In this document: positions 26,751 to 41,580 of the stretch, piece by piece | Layout: each line of letters starts with the position of its first letter | Numbering within the stretch: the first letter of the stretch is position 1 | Assembly: GCA_951406725.2 (NCBI GenBank) | Contig: OX597824.1 | Location: 58,404,001 to 58,468,000 of the forward strand | Source of the DNA: Octopus vulgaris | Lineage: Eukaryota | DNA length: 64,000 nucleotides | Reading direction: 5' to 3' | The notes under the pieces: generated by a model | Told to the model about the DNA's origin: nothing | The model's database searches: none | The model's input: only the letters and a program-made list of their open reading frames with translations | Program-made: the position numbers and the translations under genes

Positions 26751-28519
26751 CAATAAAACTCAAATGCTGTTCGTATATTTTCCCCGGTCATTTGATCAAA
26801 CTACGCATTTTCTAGACAAATACCGGATCTATGTACTCTTATGCTAAAGCACTTGTGTTTCAAATATTTTGAAAGGAAGTTTGTTCATTATTTTACCAAC
26901 ATATTTCAAAATAACTGCCGCCATTTCTAAGTCAAAGAAAATTAAAAGAGCGTGCAGAACCTCCCTCTCTCTCCTTCTCTCTACTCTCCTCTCTTTGTAT
27001 ATCTCTATTTCTTTCTTCTTCTCACTTTCTCTTTCTCTCTCACTCTCTCTCTCTCACACACACAGACACACATCTATACAAATCTTAGACTCAAAGAAAA
27101 GTCATTACAACACATGCTCATGAACATACACAAACACACACAAACTCACATAAGGTGACATTCGCATAGACTAATATATCTGCACGTGGTAGCATACAAA
27201 CACAAGCATGAACTCGAACACGTACACAAGCATATACGGAGTTCTACTGTTGACAGTGGGTGAACGAACTGTCCCACAATGCCAGCTTCATGCGTATGCG
27301 TGTATGCAGGTGCATGTCTATATATATCTGCAAAAAATATATATATACATATGGGTGTGTTTATGCATATTCTTATATATGTATATCTTATGAACTTCAT
27401 TACGTGTCAGCTGTTTCTGCTATAAGATGCAAAGACTCATAGGTGAGTGTTCGAATAACACCTTATAGCATTATCGGAGTCTTAAATATGAAGCGCACTC
27501 CATATTTACTGAACTACGTGTCCACTGCATCTTATAGCAGAAACAGTTGTAAGCTAATGAAGTTCATAAGATAATCATTCATTCTTTTTTCATACCCTTT
27601 CTTATGTACGTGTATATATATATATATGTATATATGTATATATGTATATATGTATATATGTATATGTATATGTATGTATATATCTGTGTATATATGCATG
27701 TATATATATATATATGTGTATGCGTGTATACAAATATATATGTGTGTGTGTGTGCATACATATATATATATAATATAATATATATATACATATATGAATA
27801 TTTGTGTATGTATATGTATGTGCAATATATACGTGCGTGTGTATGTCTATACATTTGATCATAATGGTTCGCATATGCATATATTACGTGTGTGTGTGTG
27901 TGTATGTATGTATGTTTGTGCGTGTCTATATGTAGATATATATTTGCATGTATACAGATATGCATGTATATGCATACATATGTGTGTGTGTGTGTGTATG
28001 TTGTGTTTGTGCCTGTGTGTATTGTGTATATTCACAGGATGGCGCCATGCCAACTAGACCTGTTACAACCGCTTCGTTGAAAACAAGCGTAGACTGCTTG
28101 TTTTCAATGTGAAAATGTGTTCCTCTAAATCAGTGTAACATCATTGCTTGAAGAACATAACATCTAAGTGTTTGCACCACTGCATAGCCCAACAGACAGC
28201 AGGATGTAAGCAATTCATGCAAGAAAACATGTGAACAAAAATAATGGGGCATAGGGGGCGGGTATGAACCATGCTAAAATGCAATACACATGCAATAGCC
28301 TGCCATACAAAAGAGATGGTAGTATCAGTAAAGCAGTAGGCACTTTGTCATGCCGTATTAAGTTGCGTTTATTTAGATTGTGAGTTCGAATCCTATCCAA
28401 TTTGATATTGCGTTTCATTTTTGTCTGGGTAAACAAAGTAAAACAGCAGTCATGTATTTGTGGAGAACGTCGACCATGCATAAAATATCTAGATTTTTGC
28501 CTGTAATAATAATTCTTTC

Positions 28520-28720
28520 TACTATACATATAAAACCTGAATTTTTGTGGGAGGAGCTAGTCAATTATAACGGCCACAGTCAGTGCTCAAATGGTACTTA
28601 TTTCATCGGTCCTAAAAGAATGAAAGACAAAGTTGGCTTCGGTGACATTTGAACGCAGAATGTTAAAGACAGAAGAAATGCAGTTAAGCATTTTGTCCGG
28701 CATGCTAACGATTCTCCCCG
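28520..28720 (-). mobile_element. tRNA SINE (4433 family), diverged
   Basis: atggtacttatttcatcg...atgaaagacaaagt...catgctaacgattct. Confidence 0.65.
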
Positions 28721-29399
28721 ATCAGATATTGCGGTATAAAAAGTTGACGTTACTCCTCATCAGATAGGTAGTTTTAGGTTATGACCATAGCACTGAACCT
28801 CAGGAAAAATCCTACACCTTCTACATCAGTCCAATGCGCGTTGACAATATAAAGAAAATACCAAAATCCAAATGAAATGCGAGAAACATCACAAAAGCAA
28901 TCATCCTGAGAAGAGTAACTCTATTAAAGTATGAGGCAGGAATAACTGAATACAGAATGACATCAACAAAGATAAAAGTTAAATAAATAAATACAAAACT
29001 AGGAAACATTCACTTGAAATTAGATGGGGATCGGCTATACTGGAAAAGAGTAGAACAAGATATTATTTGTGTGATATAAAAGACCTCTTCAGTGCTTTTT
29101 GCTCTCAACAAAAAGCAGGGGAGAGAAGGTTCTCACTACTATCGATATCAAAAAACTAATAACAGAAACAGCAGCAGCAGCAGCTGCTGGTGCAGTTGTG
29201 AAGGGAACATGAAGAATAGCTGCAGCACCAACACAAACAACAGTAGCAACAAGAAGACCAACAAAAGTGACACCCACAACAATAGCTCACTTCATTTTCG
29301 AGATCTTGCATTTCTACCCTCTCAACATGGTTATACCTTTCTGCGCATCCAAAACCAATATTACAATAATTTTATCATGTTTACACTGTTTGTAACCAT

Positions 29400-30060
29400 T
29401 CTTAGCTGTGGATATTCCGATACCATGTGAACTATAGTCTCATAAGAATCATTCCACATTCTTCATTTGAGTGAAAAGCCCTGCCGATCTATTGTACTCC
29501 TGATCTAATTTTTACCATTAAATCCCGTTCCCATGCCACTAAAATATTATTTTCTGACTCCTTCAGCCTTCCTTTCTTTAACCATAACCACGTGCCCTTA
29601 TTATCCTTTATCTTGTATTTTGGGAAAATCACTGAGTAAATTGTCTTTTCTTCAAAGATAGATTTCATCTTTCCCATATTTTTCACTTTCTCTTTACGGG
29701 TTCTGCGCATTCTGCAAATTGTCTTCTCTGTATATGCTATCCTTTCAACATTCATTAACCCTTTTCCTCATTCTCCTCATTTCCAGTATAATCGATCCCC
29801 ATTTGATTTCAGATGAATGTTTCTATTATCGTGAGCAGCTTCCTAGTTTTGTATTTATTTATTTAAATTTTATTTTTGTTGATGTCATTCTCCCCATTCA
29901 TTCTGTATTCAGTAATTCCGGCTCCGTACTTTATTAGAGTACTCTTCTCAGGATGATTGCTTTTATATTTCACGCATTTTATTTGAATTTTGGTATTTTT
30001 CTTCATTTTGTGAAAATATTTTTCCTGCGTTTCTCCTTCATATCTATACTTTTGATTTGC
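29400..30060 (-). mobile_element. Decayed R4/Dong-like LINE fragment
   Basis: GTWLWLKKGRLKESENNILVAWE, matching the W.WL..G.LK.ETE..I.AAQ motif of the other copies. Confidence 0.6.
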
Positions 30061-30083
30061 TTTCATTCTTCTTATTATTATTA

Positions 30084-30295
30084 AGTCGGCGAGCTGGCAG
30101 AATCGTTAGCACGCCGGACAAAATACACAGCGGAAGTTCGGATGCCACTACATTCTGAGTTCAAATTGCACCGAGGTCGACTTTGCCTTTTATCCTTTCA
30201 AGGTCAATAAATTAAGTACCAGCTGAGTACTGTAGTCGATGTGATCGATGTCCCTCTCCCCACAAAATCCAGGCGTTATGCCTATATTAGAAAGG

Positions 30296-30337
<42 letters not shown>
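30084..30337 (+). mobile_element. tRNA SINE (4433 family) with (ATT)n tail
   Basis: ggcgagctggcagaatcgttagcacgcc...agaaaggatt(att)n. Confidence 0.85.
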
Positions 30338-32855
<2,518 letters not shown>

Positions 32856-32869
32856 TATAATAATTTTTT

Positions 32870-35800
32870 TAAATCTCAGGCCTTGTTGGAACTCCTGGAG
32901 TCTTGCATGCATAGAGGGCTTGCTACCTGCTGCCTACGGTACCATGATATCCGTTCTTTTCAGCTATCTAATACTTTCCTGGTTATTCTGGCCGTACCAA
33001 GAAGGGAAACCTTTTGTAACAGTTCTATTGGGCACTCCATTCCAATTACTTTTATATTTCTCTTGATGCCTTCTGATGCTGTCCCCAAGTACCGAACAAT
33101 AATTGGCACTATCTTCACCCACTTCATTTTCCATAACCGGGCTATTTCGTACATAAGAAGGTTGTATTTGTCTATATTTTCGCCTTCCCTCTTGACTATT
33201 CGTGGGTCAAAGGGGCATACAACGTCAACTATATAGCACAGGTGGTGCATCTTGTCCACCACTACTAGGTCCGCTCTGTTATGCTCTAGCACTTGATCTG
33301 TTTGGATTGTACTGATCTGTAGTTTGTACTCATATCACGTCTTGACTCTCTCTGGTCCCTACTTTTCGCAGTTTCCAGAGTAGCACTTTCGTTACCTGAT
33401 GATGTCGCCACAACTTGTAATGGTTTTGGGCAAGTCTAGGGCATTCGTTTGTGATATGGACAATAGTTTCATCCACTCTATTACAGATGCGGCACAGCGG
33501 AGACACTTGCTCAGTCCTAAGGTTGGCCCTCCATTTTGTAGCCAAAGCTTGGGCTTGCGCTGCCATTATAGTGCTCTTAGTCTCTTTTATTAGTGTTCCT
33601 TTCTTCAGCATCTTCTGTTGTGGCTACATGGAATTGATTGTGTAGTCCCTTGTGTAATTCTTCTTCGTGTCCTTTTTGTACTTCTTCCTTTGTTTTTCTT
33701 TTTCCTCTGCTTTCAATACTTCCTCATACCTGACACTAGCAAGGTTTCCTTACTTTGGGCTAGGTATCTCATTAAACTCCCGAGTTCGATGCGCACGCAG
33801 TCTTCCACACTTATCAGTCCCCTTCCTCCGTTTGCTCTCTTCGTGTAAAGGCGACCAGTGTCTGCACGTGGATGAGGGGCTCCATGCATCGTTAGAAGAT
33901 TTCTTGCTGTTCATCTCCTTTAGCTCCTCCTCCGTCCACTTCAGGATTCCAGCGCCATACCGAACTACTGTGACTATGTGCGAGTTCATTGCCAAAATTA
34001 TGTTTCTGACACGTGGTCTTGCGTCGAATCCTGCTGTGCGAGAGCTTGGGTATTTTTTACTATAGACCCGAGCCGACCAAAGAATTGTGAGTGAATATGG
34101 TAGATGGAAACTGAAAGAAGCCCGTCTATATGTGTGAGCCTTTGGCTTGACAACTTGGTTTGTTTACGTCCACGTAACATAGATGATCGACAAAGAATTT
34201 CCATGCTTAAAAAATGAATACTGGGGTCGGTTAGCATGGCTCCAGTCTATTGCCTGAAACAAAGAAAAGATATAAAAACATAAAAGGTACTCTCTTTTTG
34301 TCTTTTCTTTCATGCCGTTGTGCTTAATTCCATCTGCTTCAAGCATTCCCAGGTATTTATAGCTGGATTGAGGTTAAATTGCCTTCATCATTTCACCACT
34401 TGGCCACCATATACCTTCTGTCCTGACAGGCTTTCCTCGTCTCATCATCATCGTAACACAAATTGAGAGTCGAAACTCCATCTTAATATCACTGGAGAAA
34501 ATCTACACAGACTTGTATAGACTGTCCAGTTCTGCGTCCCATTTTGTGAATAACTTCAAGCTAGGTGCTGCTCGTTCCTTCAACCACTCATCTAGCTGTT
34601 TCGCTATCCTTTCATGGAGCCCTCTCAGCTTCTTCATCCAATAATCCTGGACCCCATCTGGTCCAGGCCTTCTCCAATTTGGGTATTTTAACTTCTTTTT
34701 TATCATTTCTCTAGTTATTTAGATGTGTTCTTAGCCTTCTCTGTTTCTTAACCTATCTTGTATTTCATGCAGCCACTACGCTTCATCATTATGTTCAACA
34801 GGTTGGTCCCAGATCCCTCTCCGGAATGCCTTGCCCATCTAGTTCCTGAAACTGTTTATTCTGATTTGTTTCAAACCATCTGCTTTGCCTAAATTGTTTT
34901 ATTCTATTGTCATATCTTTCCAATTTTGCTTTGATTACTACTGCTCTTTGTTTCATTTCATTTCTTCCTTCATCGCTTATTCTATATGTTCTTTCCAGCA
35001 TTATTCTTATATTTTCGTTCTGTACTTCCCCTCTACTCATCTATCAACTTGTCCTAAATGTCTTTTTAACGTTGTTTCTAACAAATTCGTCTACGTTCTG
35101 TTTGTTCTCTTTTTTTGTATCCAACTCTGTCTACAGCAGCCATAGCTGCAGCCCAAATATTCTTGTTAGTTTCAGTTGTATTTCTCGTCTGGATTAGCCC
35201 AAGGACCGAATCTTTTTGGCTTCAACTTTGAGCTAGCATTGATCAATGTACCTCAGATTGGTGGGTGCTTGATCCTGGTCTTCTCTAATATATCGGTACA
35301 GCATCCTCTCTGTCTTGTTCATCATCACCGTGTACTTGTGATATACCTCTTCCCATTACTTCTGCTTCATTTACTGAGAATGAGTTTACATTTACCCATT
35401 GCTTTACGTCTTCCCTGCCGCCATTCATTTCCCTGTCCTCGTGGGTTCGTTACCTGTTAGCGAAGTATTATTTCTATTTTCTACTTTCCTGTTTATCTCT
35501 GCAGTTTCGATGTCTGTTAACCACCTTTTTGATCTTATTTATCTTGCCTGGTCGGCTAGCCGTTGCTCAGTTATTTCGACGAGTCCTATTTCATTCAATT
35601 TTGCTTTCATGCATTGTCGGAATCCCTTTCTACTGGGTTCATCCCTGATCCAGCATTCAATTACCGTTCCGTTTGCCTCCTTATCCCACCTTCTTCTCTG
35701 CCTTTGACTTTGTGTGTAAGCAGTCTCTGGATGACGACCGGGCCTGCGCTTCTCAACCATAGGGCACCTGCCGGGCGAAAGGCTTTCACTTTTGGTTCCA

Positions 35801-35900
35801 GCCTCATTAACACTATTATTTGATACATTTGTATTAAACATTTTCACTCAACATTGAGGTATGTGTTTTAAGGTTAGCCACCAACTGGTATTTTTATCGA
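32870..35900 (-). mobile_element. Degenerate near-full-length R4/Dong-like LINE with internal deletions
   Basis: N-terminal RRRWDKEAN..IEC..ITEQRLADQAR; NWRRPGPDGVQDYWMKK; CRIC..ETIVHITNEC; LQKVSLLGTARITRKVL; interrupted at 34010-34286. Confidence 0.85.
34010..34286 (+). repeat. 277 bp copy of the SINE segment 40166-40442, inside the LINE
   Basis: Same length and the same private substitutions and deletions as 40166-40442. Confidence 0.8.
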
Positions 35901-36659
35901 GACACCATCTCTAGTAAAATTGTCAACCAAGACTGCAGAGCTCTTCCTACCCATGAGTTGGGCCTGTTCCCTTCGCATTTCTCTGTGTTGGGGAACATGA
36001 TCATGATTCTCACTAGGAGAAAGGTGAACGTCAGTTGGTCCCGTATCGTCATTGCTCTGGGACTAAGTTCCGATTCCCGGTTCATTCGACTTCATTCCAA
36101 GCATGGAGCCACTGGACACTGACAAGTTATCATCACTGTGAGTAAGGAGTGCTCTCTACCCCACTTTTAAATCAGAATGTTCCTTCTCCTAGACAAACTG
36201 CAAACCAAGGCTCACAAGTTCTGTGTACCTGTTTTCGAAATGGCCATTGACTCTTCTGAGTTCCTCTGCCCTTCGCCGGGTTTTGTCTTTATTCCCGCAG
36301 GGTGTCGAAAATCCACCCTCTTCACCAAGCAAGCTTAGTGGGGTTGCCGGTTTAGTTGTCGGTTGCGCACCATCACATGTTAATCGTTCTAAGTTATTAT
36401 TTACTTGTTCCCTATTATATCACCATTACTACTATAATCCCTACCTTATAATTCACTTGTTCACTACTATAGTTTCACTATTGTTACTTAAAGGCCTGAA
36501 GACCCTAATATTTTCTCTCCTGATTTCTTTAGACAAATGATGGTTTAGATACTGGTGTTGCTGTGGCGCTAAATAGAAGAGCGGAAGTGTTATTTTTATT
36601 ATTATTGTTGTCGTTGTTATTGTTATTGTTGTTGTTGATGTTGTTGTTGTTATTATTAT

Positions 36660-38297
36660 TTAAGACGTCCCACAGTATCCAATATCTTGACGTTGTTGAT
36701 TGAAGATATTGTATCTAGTGGGGGTTTGTATTATCTGTCAAATCACAAGGACCTCAGACAGACAGCAATTTACGCAATATGTGTGCATTTCCGAGTAATA
36801 CCGATATTTGCAATACACCTGGATTGTAGGGTATTTCTAAAGTTTTCAGATGCTTTCTTTTTTCGGGTTGGGTGGTACTGAACCCAATGCTCAGACGACA
36901 ATAGGGACAACCTTTATGATTGACTCTCGTAGCTGCCACATCTTGGCGATCTCAATTCTCAGGTCTCCGTATTTATGAATGTTTTCTCTTTCTTTCCTGG
37001 TAATATATTGATCTCCTAGCACGCCACGTCTATTATTAGGCACTCATGTTTGTCACTCCTAAAGGTTACTATATCTGGCCTTCGGTGTTCTAACACCTTG
37101 TCTGTCTGGAAGTCAAAGTCCCAGAGGATGTTTGCCTTCCTCCTATCGTCCATTACCTATACCGGTGTATGTTGGTACCAATCACCTGTTTCCTCGTATC
37201 CATACTTCCGGCATAGTAGCCAATGAAGGTTTTGGGTTACCTTGTCGTGTCTGCGCTTGTTCACTTTCTGCGCAAGAGAGTCATAAGCACAAAGAATGTG
37301 AGTCATGCTTTCGACCCCCTTCCCATACATTCTACAGAGGTTCGCTGCACTTGTGTGGTATATATCCCTTTACACTGAGTTGGTATTCAATGCCTGATCC
37401 TGGGCAGCAGGGATTAGGCTTTCAGTCTTCTTTTTTAGGTCACCCTTGCTGAGCAATTTCCATGATGCTTCCTGGTGTTTTAATTTGTTAGCTTCACGGT
37501 GGAAGTGACCATGTAATTCCATGCGGGTTCCGTATCGTCATTGCTCTGGGACTAATTTCCGATTCCCGGTTCATTCGACTTCATTCCAAGCATGGAGCCA
37601 TTCGTAATTGGAATTCATGAGCACTCTCTGGTCCATTTTTGGCAAATTTTTCTGTATTAGCAGCAAACTGTTGCAGATCTTGTTTGCTGTTTACCAAATA
37701 TTCTGCCATGTTTCTTCTTTCATGTTGATGCACGTTAATCAGTCCACGTCCACTTTTACACCTCTTCATGTAAAGCCTGGGCATGTTCGTATTAGGGTGG
37801 CGGGCACCATTTATTGTCATTGTAATTCGGGTAGTGCGCTCGAGTTGGTTAATCTCCGCTGGTGACTATTTCAGGATGGGTGCACTCTAGCGGACTATAG
37901 CAACAGTTACAAAGTTCCTTGAGTTGAGTTTTGATTTCAAGAGAAGTTTGAGGCACTTGAAATATGCAGTGATGACCTTGTCTTTCATTTCTCTGTGCAA
38001 GATATTGTCCAGCTCCAGAATTCTAAGGTACTTGTAACCATCATCATCCGAGTCTTCTATTCTCTCTCTCCGTTTGGCAATTATATGGCTCAACAATTTG
38101 CTCTTTTCTCCCGTTTCAAAGTGAGCTCCGCCCACTTCGAGATACCGAATTCCATCCATATACCCTTGCTGCACATCTGTAGCAGCCTCTCACTTTCAGG
38201 CTCTGTTTTCCGTAACATATTTAAATAATCCATGAAAGGAAGGTGGTTGAAGCGAGGTCCATTCATTCTCAACTGATAGTGCGCGTTGACTTTGTGT
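36660..38297 (-). mobile_element. Degenerate 5'-truncated R4/Dong-like LINE
   Basis: FNHLPFMDYL, GYKYLRILELD, HPNTNMPRLYMKR..GRGL, WDFDFQTDKVLEHRRPDI, LQISVLLGNAHILRKLL; TAA/CAA tail. Confidence 0.85.
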
Positions 38298-38690
38298 AAG
38301 GCGGTGAGCTGGCAGAATCGTTAGCACGCCGGGCGAAATGCTTAGCAGTATTTCGTCCGTCTTCGCGTTCTGAGTTCAAATTCCGTCGAGGTCGATTTTA
38401 CCTTTCATCCTTTTGGGGTCGATAATTAAGTACCAGTTACGCACTGGGGTCAATGTAATTGACTTGTAGCCTCCCCCAAAATTTCAGGCCTTGTGCCTAT
38501 TGTAGAAAAGATAATTGTTATTGTTGTTGCGGCAACGAGCTGGCAGAATCGTTATCACGCCTTACTTTCTGAGTGCAAATTCCGTTGAATTCGACTCTTC
38601 CTTTCTTCCTTTCATAGTCCGATAAAATAAATACCAGCTGAGCACTGGTGTCGATATAATCGATTTTTCTCTCCCCACTCCAAACTGGAA
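38298..38690 (+). mobile_element. Two tandem tRNA SINEs (4433 family)
   Basis: Family sequence repeated twice; the second copy is internally deleted. Confidence 0.8.
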
Positions 38691-38787
38691 AACTGTCATG
38701 TTCTTAATATACAATGCCTACGAGAAAAGTTGTTCCTTTTAAATACATATTTATTGGCATATATATTATACAGTGCATGTATATCTA

Positions 38788-38847
<60 letters not shown>

Positions 38848-38954
38848 CATACTCATTTACTCTTTTACTTGTTTCAGTCATTTAACTGTGGCCACGCTGG
38901 AGCACCGCTTTAAAATTATGTATGTATATGTATGTATACATATATGCACACGGC

Positions 38955-39006
<52 letters not shown>

Positions 39007-39639
39007 GTGTATGTGTATCAAAGCAGCTTCTCCCACCGTGATTTCGCTCCTCAATCACCAACACCTTTCATCATCATCCAGATATACGACTACGTGGTGC
39101 ATACACAATTCAAGCATTGACACGTGATCAATTACATCACAGTATAAGCGGTGCTGTATAGATGACGTGCATAATTTCCGCTCTGTATAGCCGTCATTTC
39201 TATAAACATTGATGGTTTCTTTCAAGGATGACTGATATGGTAGATAAACACACGGCGTCTACTGTCAATCAAGCAGCTGATCATTAACAGACTAAACAAC
39301 TTAAAACAGAGACACACAACTACAGCCATGACTAAGAAAACACTTCTAAGAAAATGTACAATTTTCTTTCTGCTAAAATTGCTGAAATCAGTGTCACGTG
39401 GTCTCGACTGGATGCTGAAGACGGTAGTTTCGTTAAATGATGTTGGGTTCGTCAAGCGATGACGTCATGGCTCGTTTGGCAATTTTATAAATGCGTATTT
39501 ATCGCAAATCCTTCAGTAAAAGCATAATGCATATACATATATACATACACGCATACATATACAGGCACACATATATACATACATACAAACATACATACAT
39601 CCATATTTCGGTGTGTATTTGTCCCCTTCTCATGGTCGT

Positions 39640-39920
39640 TCCTTGTTGCGGTGGGAGGTATTGCGTGGTTCAATGACTCCGAGAGCGATGTTGTCGGGAA
39701 TCAAGTACTCCTGCTGGGATCACCCATGGCGGTATCGTCGAAGAAGAATCCCAGACTGAACGCAAACAGCCACCCTTCAAGAACGTAACGGCAGAGTAAG
39801 CGGATGTAGACACCAACCAAGGTTGACATGAATGATGTTTCCAGTGACGGAAGTGGGCAACGCTAGATAGACGAGCTAATAAGGTAGCTCTTGAGATTAG
39901 AACTGGGTCAGCGACAGCTA
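39640..39920 (+). mobile_element. Probable RTE-clade LINE 5' leader remnant
   Basis: ccttgttgcggtgggagg..tgcgtg..caatgactccgagagcgatgttgtcggg..gggatcacccatggc..ccagac resembles Expander/Rex3/BovB-type 5' UTRs as I recall them; not aligned. Confidence 0.5.
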
Positions 39921-40121
39921 ATTGCAATTTTATCATCTGATATCTCATTCCACATGTACCTCAGGGGAAGGTTCTGGAGCCCAAGTAGATGAGGGCCTCT
40001 CTGGCAAGTTGGTATACACTGTAGGCAAGTCCAAGCAATTGTCATTGTTCCCCAATAGGGAGAAATAGAAATTGTGGGAAACGAGAAACAGTCGATGACA
40101 ATGTTTGTTTCTTCTACATAT

Positions 40122-40448
40122 ATAGGGGCATGCATGGCTGTTTGGTAAAAAGCTTGCTTCCCAGCCACGTGGTCTTGCGTCCAGTCCTTCTGTGCGAGAG
40201 CTTGAGTATTTTTTACTATAGACCCGAGCCGACCAAAGAATTGTGAGTGAATATGGTAGATGGAAACTTAAATAAGCCCATCTATATGTGTATGTCCTTG
40301 GTTTGACAACTTGGTTTGTTTACGTGCACGTAACATAGAGGATCGACAAAGAATTTCCATGCTTAAAAAATAAATACTGGGGTCGGTTAGCATGGCTCCA
40401 GTCTATTGCCTGAAACAAAGAAAAGATATAAAAACATAAAAGATAAAA
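40122..40448 (+). mobile_element. Diverged CORE-type SINE
   Basis: tRNA-like head ggggcatgcatggctgtttggtaaaaagcttgcttcc plus family body. Confidence 0.8.
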
Positions 40449-40669
40449 TGGATATATATGCGTGTGCACATGTGTGTATATGTATATGCATAAACATACA
40501 TTTAATAAAACACGAGAGAATAACTACCCGGTGGTTCGACAATAGAAACCGCTAAAATAAATACCAAGCTTTAATAAAATAAGTACTGGAGCCGATTTCT
40601 TCGACTAAAACATTCCTCGAAGGCAGTGACCCAGCTTACCGCCATCTAATGACTGTATCAAGTACAAGA

Positions 40670-40726
<57 letters not shown>

Positions 40727-41074
40727 CATATATATATATTAAAATTTATCATAGGACATACTAAGTATGTTTACCTGCTAGAAATAACAATCAAAACTCT
40801 TATTTAAATCCCTAAAATACACTGATAATAACTACAGAAATCAACCGGGCTAAAAGCAAACGGGCTAAAACAGTCTCTTAGCATACATTCAAGTATTTGG
40901 ACTCATGTGGACCGGTTTCTGAACTGGCATAATAGTCTCACCTTCCTCAGTACGCGTTACCATGATCGAGAGCCCCAACCCATGTTGAAGTCTGCGCTGC
41001 AACTGATTAGTTTTGCGCCGAAATCATGGCAGCCACCAGTGAGAGAATAATTTCAATACGGAGCAAATAATTCA

Positions 41075-41580
41075 CCTCAATAAAATGCACGCATATAATG
41101 ATTTGGGATAGAGAAGAGAAACTGTGCAGTTGTGAAAATTAGTTGCCCAGCGGATGTTAACATAAAGCTGAAGATCAGTGAAAAAGAGAACACCTATGCT
41201 GAACTACTATTAAGAAATCTGCTGTTTATACTTGTAATTATTGGGCCACACTACCTAAATACCAATCTTGAGAAATTAGGCTTCTCAAAACCACAAAGAA
41301 GAAAGCTAATTCAAAGACTACAGATCCAATCCATCATTGGAACTGTAACAATCTGTAAAACTTTCCAGAAGTTAATACTTTAAATATATATATGAATATG
41401 TCAAGATATGCAACTATATGCATGAGAATACATACATAAAACATACAAATCTGCACATACATACAAACAAAAATACCCGGTTATTGATGCTGAAATTCCA
41501 ATGAAGGAACCCTGGATCTAGGTTAGAAACCGGTTCTTTCTCTATTAGCAAGAAATCTTGAAATAATCTGAATATTGACA
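41075..41580 (+). mobile_element. RLE non-LTR retrotransposon 3' end and UTR
   Basis: IMIWDREEKLC..ISCPADVNI..EKENTY..LQIQSIIGTVTICKTF followed by a UTR. Confidence 0.65.

Noticed and set aside
39412-39458. Minus-strand TTGACGA...CGAAACTACCGTC
   Set aside because: No stem II or stem I pairing, and 3:8 is not Watson-Crick; likely chance.
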